A stretch of DNA of 64,000 nucleotides from Eubacteriales bacterium (GCA_045127215.1 JBGVPV010000086.1:16472-80471), one strand, 5' to 3'. Positions 28,133-38,023 are shown, counted from the stretch's first letter. Made by a program: numbers and translations. Notes: generated by a model from the letters alone, not told the origin.

Positions 28133-29988
28133 CAATTTGCTTTCGGGCAACATGATCTTTCACCTCCCAGCGAATTTGCGCCGCAACCGCTGCACTTCTC
28201 ACGGCAATTGGGCGTTGTAACCTCTCCGTATGCCTTGTCTCTCTCTCGGCGTAAGAATTGCTTTGTTACGCCGCAATCGATAATATCCCAAGGAAGCACC
28301 TCGTCAAGTCCAAAGGCACGGTTTGCATAGAATGCGGGATCAACTCCCGTTCTCTCGAATACCGAAAGCCATTTGTCATAATCGAAGCATTCATCCCACG
28401 CGTCAAACATAAAGCCTTCCTCACAAGCAAGCGCAAGCGAGTGGGCAAGTCGACGGTCGCCGCGAGCAAGCACGGCTTCAATACGGCTGACACGGGCGTC
28501 GTGATGAGTATATCTTATCTTTCTGTCGGTAATCTGTAAGCCGAGGTATTCCTGCTTCTCGGCAAGCATTTCCATGGTGTCCTGAGCTTCCCATTGGAAA
28601 GGGGTAAAGGGCTTAGGAATAAAGCAGGAAACACTTATAGTTACCTGCGGCTTCTTAGCCTTATTTCTACCGGGGCACTTGTAATATGCGTCGATAACCG
28701 ATGCGGCAAGGTCGGCAATTCCCTTAAGATCCTCATACTTTTCAGTGGGAAGTCCTGACATAAAGTAAAGCTTTACAGTATTCTTACCCGCTTCAAAAGC
28801 AACGTTTACAGCACGAAGAAGATCTTCTTCACGGACGTTTTTGTTTATAACGTCACGCAAGCGCTGTGTTCCCGCTTCGGGTGCGAACGTCAAGGAAGAC
28901 GAACGCACGGACGCAATCTTATCCATAAGCGCCTTTGTAAAGCTATCAACACGCAAAGACGGCAAGGAAAGGCTGACCATATTGTCATCAGTCCACTCCA
29001 GCAATCTGTCGGTAAGCTCCTCAAGCTGTGTGTAGTCACTGATAGAAAGCGAGGTCAATGATATCTCATCGTATCCCGTTGCCTCGTAAAGACACTTTGC
29101 CTGATTTGCCAAAACCTCGGGAGTCTTCTCTCTGACGGGTCTGTAAACCATACCTGCCTGGCAGAATCGACAACCTCTTATACAGCCGCGGTAAACCTCA
29201 AGCATAATTCTGTCGTGTACCGTCTCAATATAAGGCATAACAACTTTATCAGGGAAATACGCCTTATCCATATCCTTGATAATGCGCTTCTTTACCTGTT
29301 TGGGAATATCATCGTATATGGGCGTATATGCCTTTACGGTTCCGTCATCGTTGTAGGTGACGTCGTAGAAAGACGGAACGTATATTCCCTCAATGGTTCT
29401 TGCCGCCTCGTGCAGATAATCCTGCTTGGTATATCTACCCTCGTCCTTCATTTTTATGTAAAGACGGCAAAGCTCAACAAGCATTTCTTCACCCTCACCG
29501 ATATTGAAAAGGTCAAAGAAATCCGCCACAGGCTCTGCGTTATACGCGCAAGGACCGCCGCCGATAATGATCGGCATATCATCAGTTCTGTCCTTTGCAT
29601 AAAGCGGAAGTCCTGAGAGGGAGAGCATATTGAGAACGTTGGTATAGCTCATCTCATACTGAAGCGTAAAGCCTATCATATCAAACTCGGTGATAGGGTC
29701 TCCGCTCTCACACGCGCACAGAGGAAGTCCGTGCTCGCGCATCTTCTCCTGCATATCGATCCACGGATCGTACACTCTCTCGCACCAAACGTCATCCTCA
29801 CGGTTGAGAACACCGTAAAGTATTCTCATGCCAAGGTTTGACATTCCAATTTCATACGTATCGGGGAAACAAAAAGCAAATCTTGCTTTTATCTTACTTT
29901 TGTCTTTTATTATCTGTCCGTATTCACCGCCCGAATATCTGCCGGGACGGGTAACGGATTTTAAAATAGTACTTGTCTGTTTATTCAT
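28132..29988 (-). CDS. TIGR03960 family B12-binding-domain radical SAM protein
   Basis: N-terminal RPGRYSGGEYG, followed by a B12-binding-like domain. Radical SAM cluster motif CIRGCRFCQAG. The start ATG at 29988 overlaps the upstream stop (ATGAATAA). Confidence 0.9.
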   Translation of the reverse strand: MNKQTSTILKSVTRPGRYSGGEYGQIIKDKSKIKARFAFCFPDTYEIGMSNLGMRILYGVLNREDDVWCERVYDPWIDMQEKMREHGLPLCACESGDPITEFDMIGFTLQYEMSYTNVLNMLSLSGLPLYAKDRTDDMPIIIGGGPCAYNAEPVADFFDLFNIGEGEEMLVELCRLYIKMKDEGRYTKQDYLHEAARTIEGIYVPSFYDVTYNDDGTVKAYTPIYDDIPKQVKKRIIKDMDKAYFPDKVVMPYIETVHDRIMLEVYRGCIRGCRFCQAGMVYRPVREKTPEVLANQAKCLYEATGYDEISLTSLSISDYTQLEELTDRLLEWTDDNMVSLSLPSLRVDSFTKALMDKIASVRSSSLTFAPEAGTQRLRDVINKNVREEDLLRAVNVAFEAGKNTVKLYFMSGLPTEKYEDLKGIADLAASVIDAYYKCPGRNKAKKPQVTISVSCFIPKPFTPFQWEAQDTMEMLAEKQEYLGLQITDRKIRYTHHDARVSRIEAVLARGDRRLAHSLALACEEGFMFDAWDECFDYDKWLSVFERTGVDPAFYANRAFGLDEVLPWDIIDCGVTKQFLRRERDKAYGEVTTPNCREKCSGCGANSLGGERSCCPKAN

Positions 29989-32900
29989 CTGTGTCACTTT
30001 CTTTTTGATAGTTTTCAAAAGCTACCGCCTCTGAGGGCGCAAATGCTTGGTTGTTTTGTGCGGCACGTTCAAGCTTTCTTTGCTCTATTATACTTTTCCT
30101 CTCAAGCTCGTCATAAAGCTCTTCAACAGTAAAATACTTCTTCGACGGCAAGGTGCTCAAAAGTATTCCCGAAAAAGCAGCCAACTGCAAGAAGAGATAT
30201 ATAAGCGTGTGATATTGGTTAAAGCTTGCGGCACTTGTCAGAGCAACCATCAGTATTGTCGCAAGCACACCTACTCCACAGCAAGCCGCCGAGAATATCT
30301 TTGTTATTTTCTCAGCGCGGGCAAGCTTCTTTACCCATACCTGAAGCTCTGCGAGCTTAAGTCTTGATGCGCACGCGATAACTCCGTCGCGGCGTCCTCT
30401 GTGGGCGTCAGGCGTACCAAGTCTGAAATCCTCAGCGTTTTTATGAACCACGCTGACGGGAGCTGAGCCAAGAGTTCTGTTCTTGGATATCATATCGCTG
30501 TTTATAAGCGGATCGTAGGTCTCGATAGCGCAAGTCACGCCTGCGGCATGAAGTCGCTCTATAAGCATCTCAAATACGGGTTCAGGCTCGTATTTTATAC
30601 TTAGCTTTGCAGTAGTACCACCGTTAAGAGAAACACATAAGCTACATCTGTCACTCTGATTTTCATCCTCAGGAAATACTATTCCGTATCTGAGCAGGAA
30701 CGAACGTTCACCAAGCACCAAAACGTGCTTCTTATCAATAACAGCTTCAATTCCGCTACGTGTTACTCGCCTTATGTCGACGTTCTGGAATTTAAAAACA
30801 TCGGGCAGATTCATATCCATACCTGAAAGAGGTCCGCCTATCTTGGAATAAAGCGCGCTGATGCAACCGAGCGCAAGATAAGAAACTCCCTTGTCATACA
30901 TAGCGATCCCTATGTCCTCAGTCTTGCATTTTTTAAACATATGCAAGTCTCCAAAGACCATAACGTCGCACTTGGAATGGGTATGTACGGAATCCTTGCC
31001 TGCAATAGCGATACCACGCTTGGAAAGGCTGAGAGATGCCATAGCAAGCGGTATATTGTCCGCGCATACAAGGCAGACAGGCATCGACGCAAACATACAG
31101 ATCATAAACGCCGCGAAGGAAGCGTAAATATCAAGACTGATTATCGCCGCAACCACGGTTACGATAACGGATATCAGTACTGATATTATCATAAGCATAG
31201 TCACAGAACGGCTCTGCCCATCCTTGTCTGAAATACTGTCAAAGAATCCACGAGGGAAATCAACAGAAGCCGCGCTGTATATCTTTTTGGTGGTTTCAAG
31301 TCCACCTGCGTACATTTTTTCTGCAATTCTTCCCTGCTGTCTTTCATCAACGAGTGTGAACTTAGTCGCGTCTGATGAATATACATTGAAGGTCTGAGTA
31401 TCAGCGGTGATCTTAATAAAGTCAATTATCGCGGATATTGCCATAACGGTAGCCGCCATTCCGTTAAATAACGGAGGAATAACGTCGCCCCCTATTGCGA
31501 CAGCACTCGCTATAAGAATGCCGTATATCACCGTTGAGAATATTATTATTGTTAAAAGCGAATATCGGTTCGGAGCTGCAGTGAGAATGCCCTGCACTCC
31601 TTTTTTGAGCTGTTTGATGCACACAGCGGCAGTAAAGATAACGAACTGTAAACCAACAAGAATATAAAAGCTCGGATACTGTGTGTAGTCAAATATACCG
31701 CTAAGACTCACCTCGAATATCGGTAATGCATCAAAAATCAGCGACATTATCGCAAGGATAATACAGCCGCACATTGAGAAAAGAGATGCGATATACTTCT
31801 TTTTGTAAGCCGCGCGGATAGTCTCATCCTGGTCGCGACTGACATACTCGCCGCTGTTATCGATCGAAGGAACAGTCTTTGCATCGGCAGCCGCTTCGGA
31901 CTCCTCAATTATATTTTCAATATTTTTGTTACCAATTCGCTCGGCTACCTCTTCGCGCTCGCCAAGCTGCATCATGAGATTTATGGTAGAAAGGTCAAGA
32001 TCCTCGGGGTCATTATCTGAGATTCCCTCAAACAACTCCTCGTTTTCTTCCACGTTCTCATTCATTGTCTGAACGGCAGGTGTCCTTTCAGTTGTCGCGT
32101 CATTCGCAGAGAGATCAATACCGCTGTTACGCATCATAGAGATATACGTAGCCTTGGAATTTGCCTGTTCCTCAGGCTGTTCTGTGATAGTCTGGGCTTC
32201 AGCATTTTCTTCGGGTGGAGTTGCGGTTTCGGGAGCAGCAAGCATTAAGGTGGTAGTTGCAGGCTCGAGCTCCTTCTCCGCATCGATCTCTGCCGTAGCA
32301 TCGACTTCTACCGTAGATTCGGAATCAAGCTCAATCGCTGTATAAACTATATCCTGCTCGTAGTTCTCGGTCTCAAACTCCTCATCGAATTCCTTGAGAT
32401 CTGACGCCTCGATCACGAGAGTAGACAAATCATCAGTCGCTTCGGGAATAGGCTCGTTAATATCAACGGCAGCTTCGCACTCATCAGCGTTATCGATATC
32501 CTCGGTGGTGGCGTCAATGCTTTCCGCATTTTCTGCGGCATTATCGTCAGCCTCATCCTCGAAATCATATTCGAACATTTCGCTGACGTCCTCTACGTCC
32601 TCGGTAAAGGTGTCGATCGCCTCAACCAATTCCTCGATAACTTCTCCCGAATCAGAATCCTCAGAGGTCTCAATTACCACAAGATTTTTGGCCTCATCTG
32701 CTGACTCATCCGCCAAAACATTCTCAGCAGTCTCAGCCAAATCTGTATCAGCTTCCAAGGATTCCTCTTTGAAGCTTTCAGCCTCATTCAAAAAATCATT
32801 ATCGATAGAATATTCATTTTCAGATACGTAAGCCGCATCATCATTATCGCTAAAATATTGATTTTTCAGCTCACGCTTAAGTATCTCGTCGGAATACTCG

Positions 32901-33004
32901 TTCGAATCATTTTCGGTAACAGTTGATTCCTCCGACGGTTGCTCAGACGAAACCGAGGTCTTAAGCTGCCTGAGTATTTCGTCTATGCTTTGATTGTTGT
33001 TCAT
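29981..33004 (-). CDS. Degenerate P-type ATPase-like membrane protein with polyacidic N-terminal region (1007 aa)
   Basis: GGAGG RBS lies 6 nt before the ATG. The first ~400 aa are rich in D, E, S and T. The C-terminal ~600 aa have a CopA-like TM and loop layout, but DKTGT is replaced by GDLHM (see findings). Confidence 0.8.
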   Translation of the reverse strand: MNNNQSIDEILRQLKTSVSSEQPSEESTVTENDSNEYSDEILKRELKNQYFSDNDDAAYVSENEYSIDNDFLNEAESFKEESLEADTDLAETAENVLADESADEAKNLVVIETSEDSDSGEVIEELVEAIDTFTEDVEDVSEMFEYDFEDEADDNAAENAESIDATTEDIDNADECEAAVDINEPIPEATDDLSTLVIEASDLKEFDEEFETENYEQDIVYTAIELDSESTVEVDATAEIDAEKELEPATTTLMLAAPETATPPEENAEAQTITEQPEEQANSKATYISMMRNSGIDLSANDATTERTPAVQTMNENVEENEELFEGISDNDPEDLDLSTINLMMQLGEREEVAERIGNKNIENIIEESEAAADAKTVPSIDNSGEYVSRDQDETIRAAYKKKYIASLFSMCGCIILAIMSLIFDALPIFEVSLSGIFDYTQYPSFYILVGLQFVIFTAAVCIKQLKKGVQGILTAAPNRYSLLTIIIFSTVIYGILIASAVAIGGDVIPPLFNGMAATVMAISAIIDFIKITADTQTFNVYSSDATKFTLVDERQQGRIAEKMYAGGLETTKKIYSAASVDFPRGFFDSISDKDGQSRSVTMLMIISVLISVIVTVVAAIISLDIYASFAAFMICMFASMPVCLVCADNIPLAMASLSLSKRGIAIAGKDSVHTHSKCDVMVFGDLHMFKKCKTEDIGIAMYDKGVSYLALGCISALYSKIGGPLSGMDMNLPDVFKFQNVDIRRVTRSGIEAVIDKKHVLVLGERSFLLRYGIVFPEDENQSDRCSLCVSLNGGTTAKLSIKYEPEPVFEMLIERLHAAGVTCAIETYDPLINSDMISKNRTLGSAPVSVVHKNAEDFRLGTPDAHRGRRDGVIACASRLKLAELQVWVKKLARAEKITKIFSAACCGVGVLATILMVALTSAASFNQYHTLIYLFLQLAAFSGILLSTLPSKKYFTVEELYDELERKSIIEQRKLERAAQNNQAFAPSEAVAFENYQKESDTDE

Positions 33005-33031
33005 ATTGCCTCCATTTTACAGAGGTAGTGC

Positions 33032-33868
33032 TCAGGCTCTGTGCTGCCTTGCAACCTCTGCTAAAATCACAGCCGCAGCCGTGGAAACGTTAAAAGAGTT
33101 TACGTGTCCGTACATGGGAATGGACACGATATAATCGGATTTTTCCTTTATAAGTCTTGATACGCCTTCACCCTCACTGCCAAGCACGATGGCGCAGGGG
33201 CATTTGAGGTCGGTGTCGTAATACGCCGATCCGCCGGCTTCAGCGGCAAATATCCAAATTCCCTTTTGCTTCAGGCTATCAATAGTAGATGCTAAGTTTG
33301 TCACCTTTGCTATTGCAAGGTGCTCAATAGCACCGCAAGAGGAACGGGTAACCACGGGGGTAAGTCCGACGGCGCGTCTCTTTGGAATGATAAGTCCGTG
33401 AGCACCAACTCCTTCAGCGCATCTGATAAGTGCGCCAAGGTTATGGGGATCTGTAATTCCATCAGCAATAACGATAAACGGTCTTTCTCCTCTTTCTTCA
33501 GCTATGCGAAGTATATCTTCAACCTCACAGTACTGCTTTTCTGCCGCCATAGCAACTATGCCCTGATGAGTCGCAAACGCAGTCATCTTATCGAGCTTTG
33601 CCTTTTCAACCTCAACCATGGGAATATGTCTTGCCACAGCCTCCGCAACGAGAACCACGATAGAGCCCTCGCGTTCTCCCTTCTGGACAAATATTTTATC
33701 AACGGCTCTTCCCGAACGCAAAAGCTCTCTTACGGCATTTCTGCCAATAACGAGGCCCTCATTTACCTCTTCCGCAAGCTCATTCTTGCGGTCAAATTCC
33801 TTGTTTCTGAATTCATTTTTAGGAGAACGATTGCGATCCTTACCGTTTTTGTAATTTTTCTTTTCCAT
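33032..33868 (-). CDS. rlmB: 23S rRNA (guanosine(2251)-2'-O)-methyltransferase RlmB (TrmH group 3)
   Basis: Lys-rich N-terminal extension and a substrate-binding domain (GRNAVRELL). SpoU motifs DPHNLGALIRCAEG, IVLGSEGEGVS and SFNVSTAAAV. The ATG at 33868 is preceded by GGAG; the ORF-track TTG at 33880 is less likely. Confidence 0.9.
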   Translation of the reverse strand: MEKKNYKNGKDRNRSPKNEFRNKEFDRKNELAEEVNEGLVIGRNAVRELLRSGRAVDKIFVQKGEREGSIVVLVAEAVARHIPMVEVEKAKLDKMTAFATHQGIVAMAAEKQYCEVEDILRIAEERGERPFIVIADGITDPHNLGALIRCAEGVGAHGLIIPKRRAVGLTPVVTRSSCGAIEHLAIAKVTNLASTIDSLKQKGIWIFAAEAGGSAYYDTDLKCPCAIVLGSEGEGVSRLIKEKSDYIVSIPMYGHVNSFNVSTAAAVILAEVARQHRA

Positions 33869-34110
33869 ACGAAACTCCAATTTGCATTAATATACATCAT
33901 ACATTATATCATATAAATTCAATTTTGTATATACTTTTGACGCAAAAAAACGCTCACTTTGATAAAATACGCGTTTTTATTGCTATTTTGTATCTATTCT
34001 TTGATAAATTTGCGTCATTTTATTTATTGTTAAATAAAATACGGTCATTCTACATTCTCGGGTGCGGGCATAGAATATTACAGTATTTGATTGCGAGGTG
34101 AGTCGAGAGG

Positions 34111-35673
34111 ATGAACAGACTAAGGAGATTTATGTTAAACGGCATGCTTATGGCCGCCGTCAGCGTCCTCTTAAGAGCAGTAGCCGTCGCATTCAACGTT
34201 TACGTGTCCAACAAGATCGGCGCGGTCGCCATGGGGCTTTTTTCACTCATAACCACGGTATACGGATTCGGCATTACCCTTGCAACCTCCGGCATAAATC
34301 TTGCAACTACTCGCCTTGTGGCGCAGGTAATCGGAGACGACGGTAAAATATCACTTATCAATGATAATCAAAAGCAAGCAAAAATAAAGCTCGTACTTCG
34401 TCAGTGCATATACTATTCGTTTTTCTTCGGGGCACTTGCCACGGTTATTTTACTGATATCTGCTGAAAATATCGGGGTATACGTTCTCCGTGACGAACGC
34501 ACGGTATCCTCACTTCGTGTACTTGCGCTCACCTTTATTCCCATCTCTCTTTGCTCTGTTTTTACAGGGTACTTCTCTGCTCTGCGAAGGGTATACAAAA
34601 CTGCGCTGACACAAATAATGGGACAAGGCGCAAAAATATTCGCCTCTATATTTTTCTTTTCGTATATAGGAGCATCAAGCGTTGAGAACGCTTGTCTTTG
34701 CGTAGTTTGGGGCGGCGCGGTAGCCGAATTTCTTTCCTTTGCGCTTTCTTATATCTTTTATCTGTCGGACAGAAAATCAAGCACGAATATTATAGACGAT
34801 AATGAAAAGCAAAGATCATTCAAGCACCTATTATCAAACGCCTTGCCGCTTGCGCTCAGCGCATATATGCGTTCGGCTCTCGTAACCATCGAGCACGTTC
34901 TGATACCGATCGGACTCCAAAAAAGCGGGAGCTCGCGTGACAGCTCGTTAGCGGCTTACGGAACAGTCAGCAGTATGGTATTTCCGCTTGTACTTTTTCC
35001 GTCTGCTATAACCGCATCCTTTGCAGGTCTTCTGATACCTGAGATCGCAGGCTCGTATGAGGTTGGGGACAATCGCAGAATATGCGGCATAATATCAAGC
35101 GTTATGGACACCGTACTTATGTTCTCGATAGGCTGCGCGGGAATTATGATAAGCTTTTCCTATGAGCTGGCGGCGCATATATATCCTGACTCCGCCGATG
35201 CCGGAAGATTTATTGCCATGATATCTCCGCTCATACCCGTAATGTATCTCGATACCGCCGTGGATTCGATGCTAAAGGGGCTTGGCGAGCACGTTTACAG
35301 TATGGTCGTCAATATTGCGGACGCTTTGATATCCGTCGTGCTCGTATGGGTGCTTCTACCCCGCCTCGGTATATACGGTTATATCGTGACGGTGTATTTC
35401 ACAGAGCTTATCAACGCTGCCTTAAGTATCGCACGACTTCTTATGAAAAGCGGTGTGAATCCCCGAGTGCTTTTGTGGGTCGGCAGACCGATTTTTTGCG
35501 TAATAACAGCCACGCGTCTTGCTCATTGGCTTTTTGACACTATGCTGATCAACGGTGTTTACGTACAAATTCTCATCGCGGCAATTTTCTACGCATTATT
35601 ACTTATTCTTTTCGGAGGAATAAACCTGAGAAAAGTTTCGGGGAGTCTGCGATATATGCGCTTGACAAAATAA
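34111..35673 (+). CDS. MOP-superfamily oligosaccharide/lipid II flippase (SpoVB/MurJ-like polysaccharide biosynthesis protein)
   Basis: 520 aa with about 14 TM helices. The N-terminus GMLMAAVSVLLRAVAVAFNVYVSNKIGAVAMGLFSLI resembles SpoVB-type proteins. Confidence 0.85.
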   Translation: MNRLRRFMLNGMLMAAVSVLLRAVAVAFNVYVSNKIGAVAMGLFSLITTVYGFGITLATSGINLATTRLVAQVIGDDGKISLINDNQKQAKIKLVLRQCIYYSFFFGALATVILLISAENIGVYVLRDERTVSSLRVLALTFIPISLCSVFTGYFSALRRVYKTALTQIMGQGAKIFASIFFFSYIGASSVENACLCVVWGGAVAEFLSFALSYIFYLSDRKSSTNIIDDNEKQRSFKHLLSNALPLALSAYMRSALVTIEHVLIPIGLQKSGSSRDSSLAAYGTVSSMVFPLVLFPSAITASFAGLLIPEIAGSYEVGDNRRICGIISSVMDTVLMFSIGCAGIMISFSYELAAHIYPDSADAGRFIAMISPLIPVMYLDTAVDSMLKGLGEHVYSMVVNIADALISVVLVWVLLPRLGIYGYIVTVYFTELINAALSIARLLMKSGVNPRVLLWVGRPIFCVITATRLAHWLFDTMLINGVYVQILIAAIFYALLLILFGGINLRKVSGSLRYMRLTK

Positions 35674-35696
35674 AAAAGCCCGCATTTGACATAATT

Positions 35697-35732
35697 AAGG
35701 CTGCCTCAAATTTACGTTTGAGGCAGCCTTTA
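35697..35732. terminator. Bidirectional terminator between the flippase gene and the 484-aa gene
   Basis: 14-bp perfect stem aaggctgcctcaaa/tttgaggcagcctt with loop tttacg. Confidence 0.75.
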
Positions 35733-35743
35733 TGCTTTATTGT

Positions 35744-37198
35744 TTAATTTTTAAAATTCTCTTCCCAGCTCTTTATATCTTCTTCCGTAATATCGGAAAT
35801 GCGATCATATTTCTTGGGTGCTTTGGGGATCTTGTCACTTTGATCGAATATAAGGACTATCTCGCAATCAACAGTTTCTTTAATCTCGCCGAAATTATAA
35901 TGTTCGTCATAACCTTGTCTTGTGGACTGGATCTTATCAATAGTGACCGTTGATTTGCCAAGCTTGGTTACCCAATCACCCTTGATAACGAGAGACGTAA
36001 GGTCGTAATTTGCGGGCATATCTACGCCAAACGTAAACTCATCCTTCTTCTTGTCAATGGAAAGCTTTATGGAATTATCGCCTTGCTTGATAACACACTC
36101 AAATTCCTTGCTATCGTCCTTCTTTACCTGATAAGTGGTTTTTTTGCCATCGATCTCAATAGACATTTTTTCAGTCTTTTTGATTCCGTCCATGCCGAAA
36201 TCAAGAGTGAGTTTGGTGACATCATTGACCACTACCTCGAGCTTTACAAGCTTCTTACTGCTTCTCGGAGTTGCAACGTTGATAACGATATCGTCGCTGT
36301 AATTTCTTTCAATGCTATCACAAAGATCGTCAATGTTTTCACCCAGCAGTTCAATATACTCTTCATATAACTCAACGGGAGTCTTATCTTCACTACCGTT
36401 AGTTGCAAACATAAACGCTAAAGAATCCTCGTACTTTTCAAGGAATTTGGGGATGGATTTATCCTCAGCAAGATAATCGTAGAACTCGGAAATCGCCTCA
36501 GCGAGAGCCTCACCTTCGATCACTATGCTGATAACTCTGACCTTTTCCCTGCTTCCGCCAACCTTGATCTCGTCCTTTTCACTCTCGAACTCGAAGTTGT
36601 CGCAAGCTATCTTCCACATCTTTTTATAAAGCTTTTCACCGATCTTCTCAGCGTCCTTATGCATCTTTTCATCGTTAAGAGCATTCAACGCGCTGATAAG
36701 ATTTTCATACGCCTGCTCGTCGGGAATCGCGTACTCAGAGCCCGAACCGTAAGCAAAAATGGAGTCCTCGAGGTCGTCAACGATATCTTTAAACTTCACG
36801 CCGTAAGCGTTTTTGAGGATCTCGTCCTCAGATACATAAAGCAGGTCTTCAGAAAGATATATATCGCCCGAAAGTCCAAACTCGCCTGCCTTAAACTCGA
36901 AATTCTCGAGCATAAGAGCGTCCTTGGAAAAATACATTTTTCCGCTGAGCGCACCGTCCTCCAAAATATCCTCTTCGCCACTCTTAAGTTCATTCAAAGC
37001 AAATTCAAAGGATCCCTTGGTAAGTGTTTTAACGATGGGCTTGATCTCATCACGATCGCCAAAATCATCAATTGCGTTAAATATGGCGGTTGCCGCAACG
37101 TTCTGCGGAAGATTGCCGTAAATCGCAAATCCGATGCCCGTACCCAAACCTAAAAGAAGTACCGCAGCGATAATGATAGCTAATACCTTTGTTTTCAT
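35744..37198 (-). CDS. Membrane-anchored extracytoplasmic hypothetical protein (484 aa)
   Basis: N-terminal signal-anchor MKTKVLAIIIAAVLLLGLGTGIGFAIYG. The remainder is hydrophilic and rich in D, E and K. AGGAGG RBS. No family recognised. Confidence 0.75.
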   Translation of the reverse strand: MKTKVLAIIIAAVLLLGLGTGIGFAIYGNLPQNVAATAIFNAIDDFGDRDEIKPIVKTLTKGSFEFALNELKSGEEDILEDGALSGKMYFSKDALMLENFEFKAGEFGLSGDIYLSEDLLYVSEDEILKNAYGVKFKDIVDDLEDSIFAYGSGSEYAIPDEQAYENLISALNALNDEKMHKDAEKIGEKLYKKMWKIACDNFEFESEKDEIKVGGSREKVRVISIVIEGEALAEAISEFYDYLAEDKSIPKFLEKYEDSLAFMFATNGSEDKTPVELYEEYIELLGENIDDLCDSIERNYSDDIVINVATPRSSKKLVKLEVVVNDVTKLTLDFGMDGIKKTEKMSIEIDGKKTTYQVKKDDSKEFECVIKQGDNSIKLSIDKKKDEFTFGVDMPANYDLTSLVIKGDWVTKLGKSTVTIDKIQSTRQGYDEHYNFGEIKETVDCEIVLIFDQSDKIPKAPKKYDRISDITEEDIKSWEENFKN

Positions 37199-37396
37199 AG
37201 ATTTCCTCCTGATGTCTTAAATATCTTTCACAAATATCTTGGTAATAAGATATAAGTAACTTAACTACATTTTAGCACTATTCTCGATATTTGTCAATAT
37301 GTAATAGTTTGAATAAAATATTCGGCGACGCCGAATTTGAAATGATGTACTATCACACGTTTTGAAATATTACTCATTCCCCCGAAGGGCAAACGT

Positions 37397-37436
37397 AAAA
37401 AAGCACTTTTGTCGGTAGACAAAAGTGCTTTTTTGT
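37397..37436. terminator. Terminator hairpin (copy A of a paralogous pair)
   Basis: aaaaaagcacttttgtc-ggta-gacaaaagtgctttttt. It lies downstream of the 120-aa ORF on the minus strand and has symmetric A and T runs. Confidence 0.75.
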
Positions 37437-37495
37437 TGCCTTAAACGTGATAAAAGGTGTCTAAACAAAGGTAAAAACGAACAAAAAGTGTCCGA

Positions 37496-37858
37496 TTATT
37501 CTAATATAACGCGGTAAATTGGAAGATTAGTTTCGGCAATTGCCTTGACTGCACCAATCAATGCCTTAGGGTTGGCATTGCCAAAATCCATATGAATACA
37601 AACGGAAAACACAGAGGATGCTTCAGGCAAGCTATCAATATCCGAAATATAGTGTATCGGCTTAAAAATATGCTTTTTATTATAGGAGTACATATAATGC
37701 TCCAGAGCGGAAACACTTTGCTCCATCATTAGTTGATCGGGGTGTTTTTCAAATATTACGTTAAAGATTACATCAGGATATCCTTCACATTCGACATCGA
37801 CGGGAAAAGAAACTGCTGCTTTTATTTCGCCTACAATTGGATCATCATACTCAGTCAT
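37496..37858 (-). CDS. Hypothetical cytoplasmic protein (120 aa), low GC
   Basis: RBS AGAGG lies before the ATG at 37858 (MTEYDDPIVGEIK...). It is bounded by terminators on both sides. GC is about 38% by hand count of six 60-nt lines, against about 45-50% in neighbouring genes. Confidence 0.6.
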   Translation of the reverse strand: MTEYDDPIVGEIKAAVSFPVDVECEGYPDVIFNVIFEKHPDQLMMEQSVSALEHYMYSYNKKHIFKPIHYISDIDSLPEASSVFSVCIHMDFGNANPKALIGAVKAIAETNLPIYRVILE

Positions 37859-37981
37859 TCTGTTACCTCTTTTTCTTGGTGGTAAAACCAACTCTTTATG
37901 TGCATTATATCATATTTTGTAAAGCAATTCAAGAGCTTTTCGCAATCTCGCGTCCTAATCACGCCGAAGGCTTGGATAAAC

Positions 37982-38021
37982 AAAAACAGAACATTTGTCG
38001 GTAGACAAATGTTCTGTTTTT
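37982..38021. terminator. Terminator hairpin of tRNA-Val (copy B of the paralogous pair)
   Basis: aaaaacagaacatttgtc-ggta-gacaaatgttctgttttt, starting 3 nt after the tRNA 3' CCA on the minus strand. Confidence 0.8.
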
Positions 38022-38023
38022 GT

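Noticed and set aside
32394-32831. A Ser-rich 145-aa plus-strand ORF, with a neighbouring one at 32154-32345.
   Set aside because: - They are the mirror image of the GAx-rich (Asp/Glu) codons of the acidic tail on the minus strand.
- The reverse complement of those codons gives TCx (Ser) codons.
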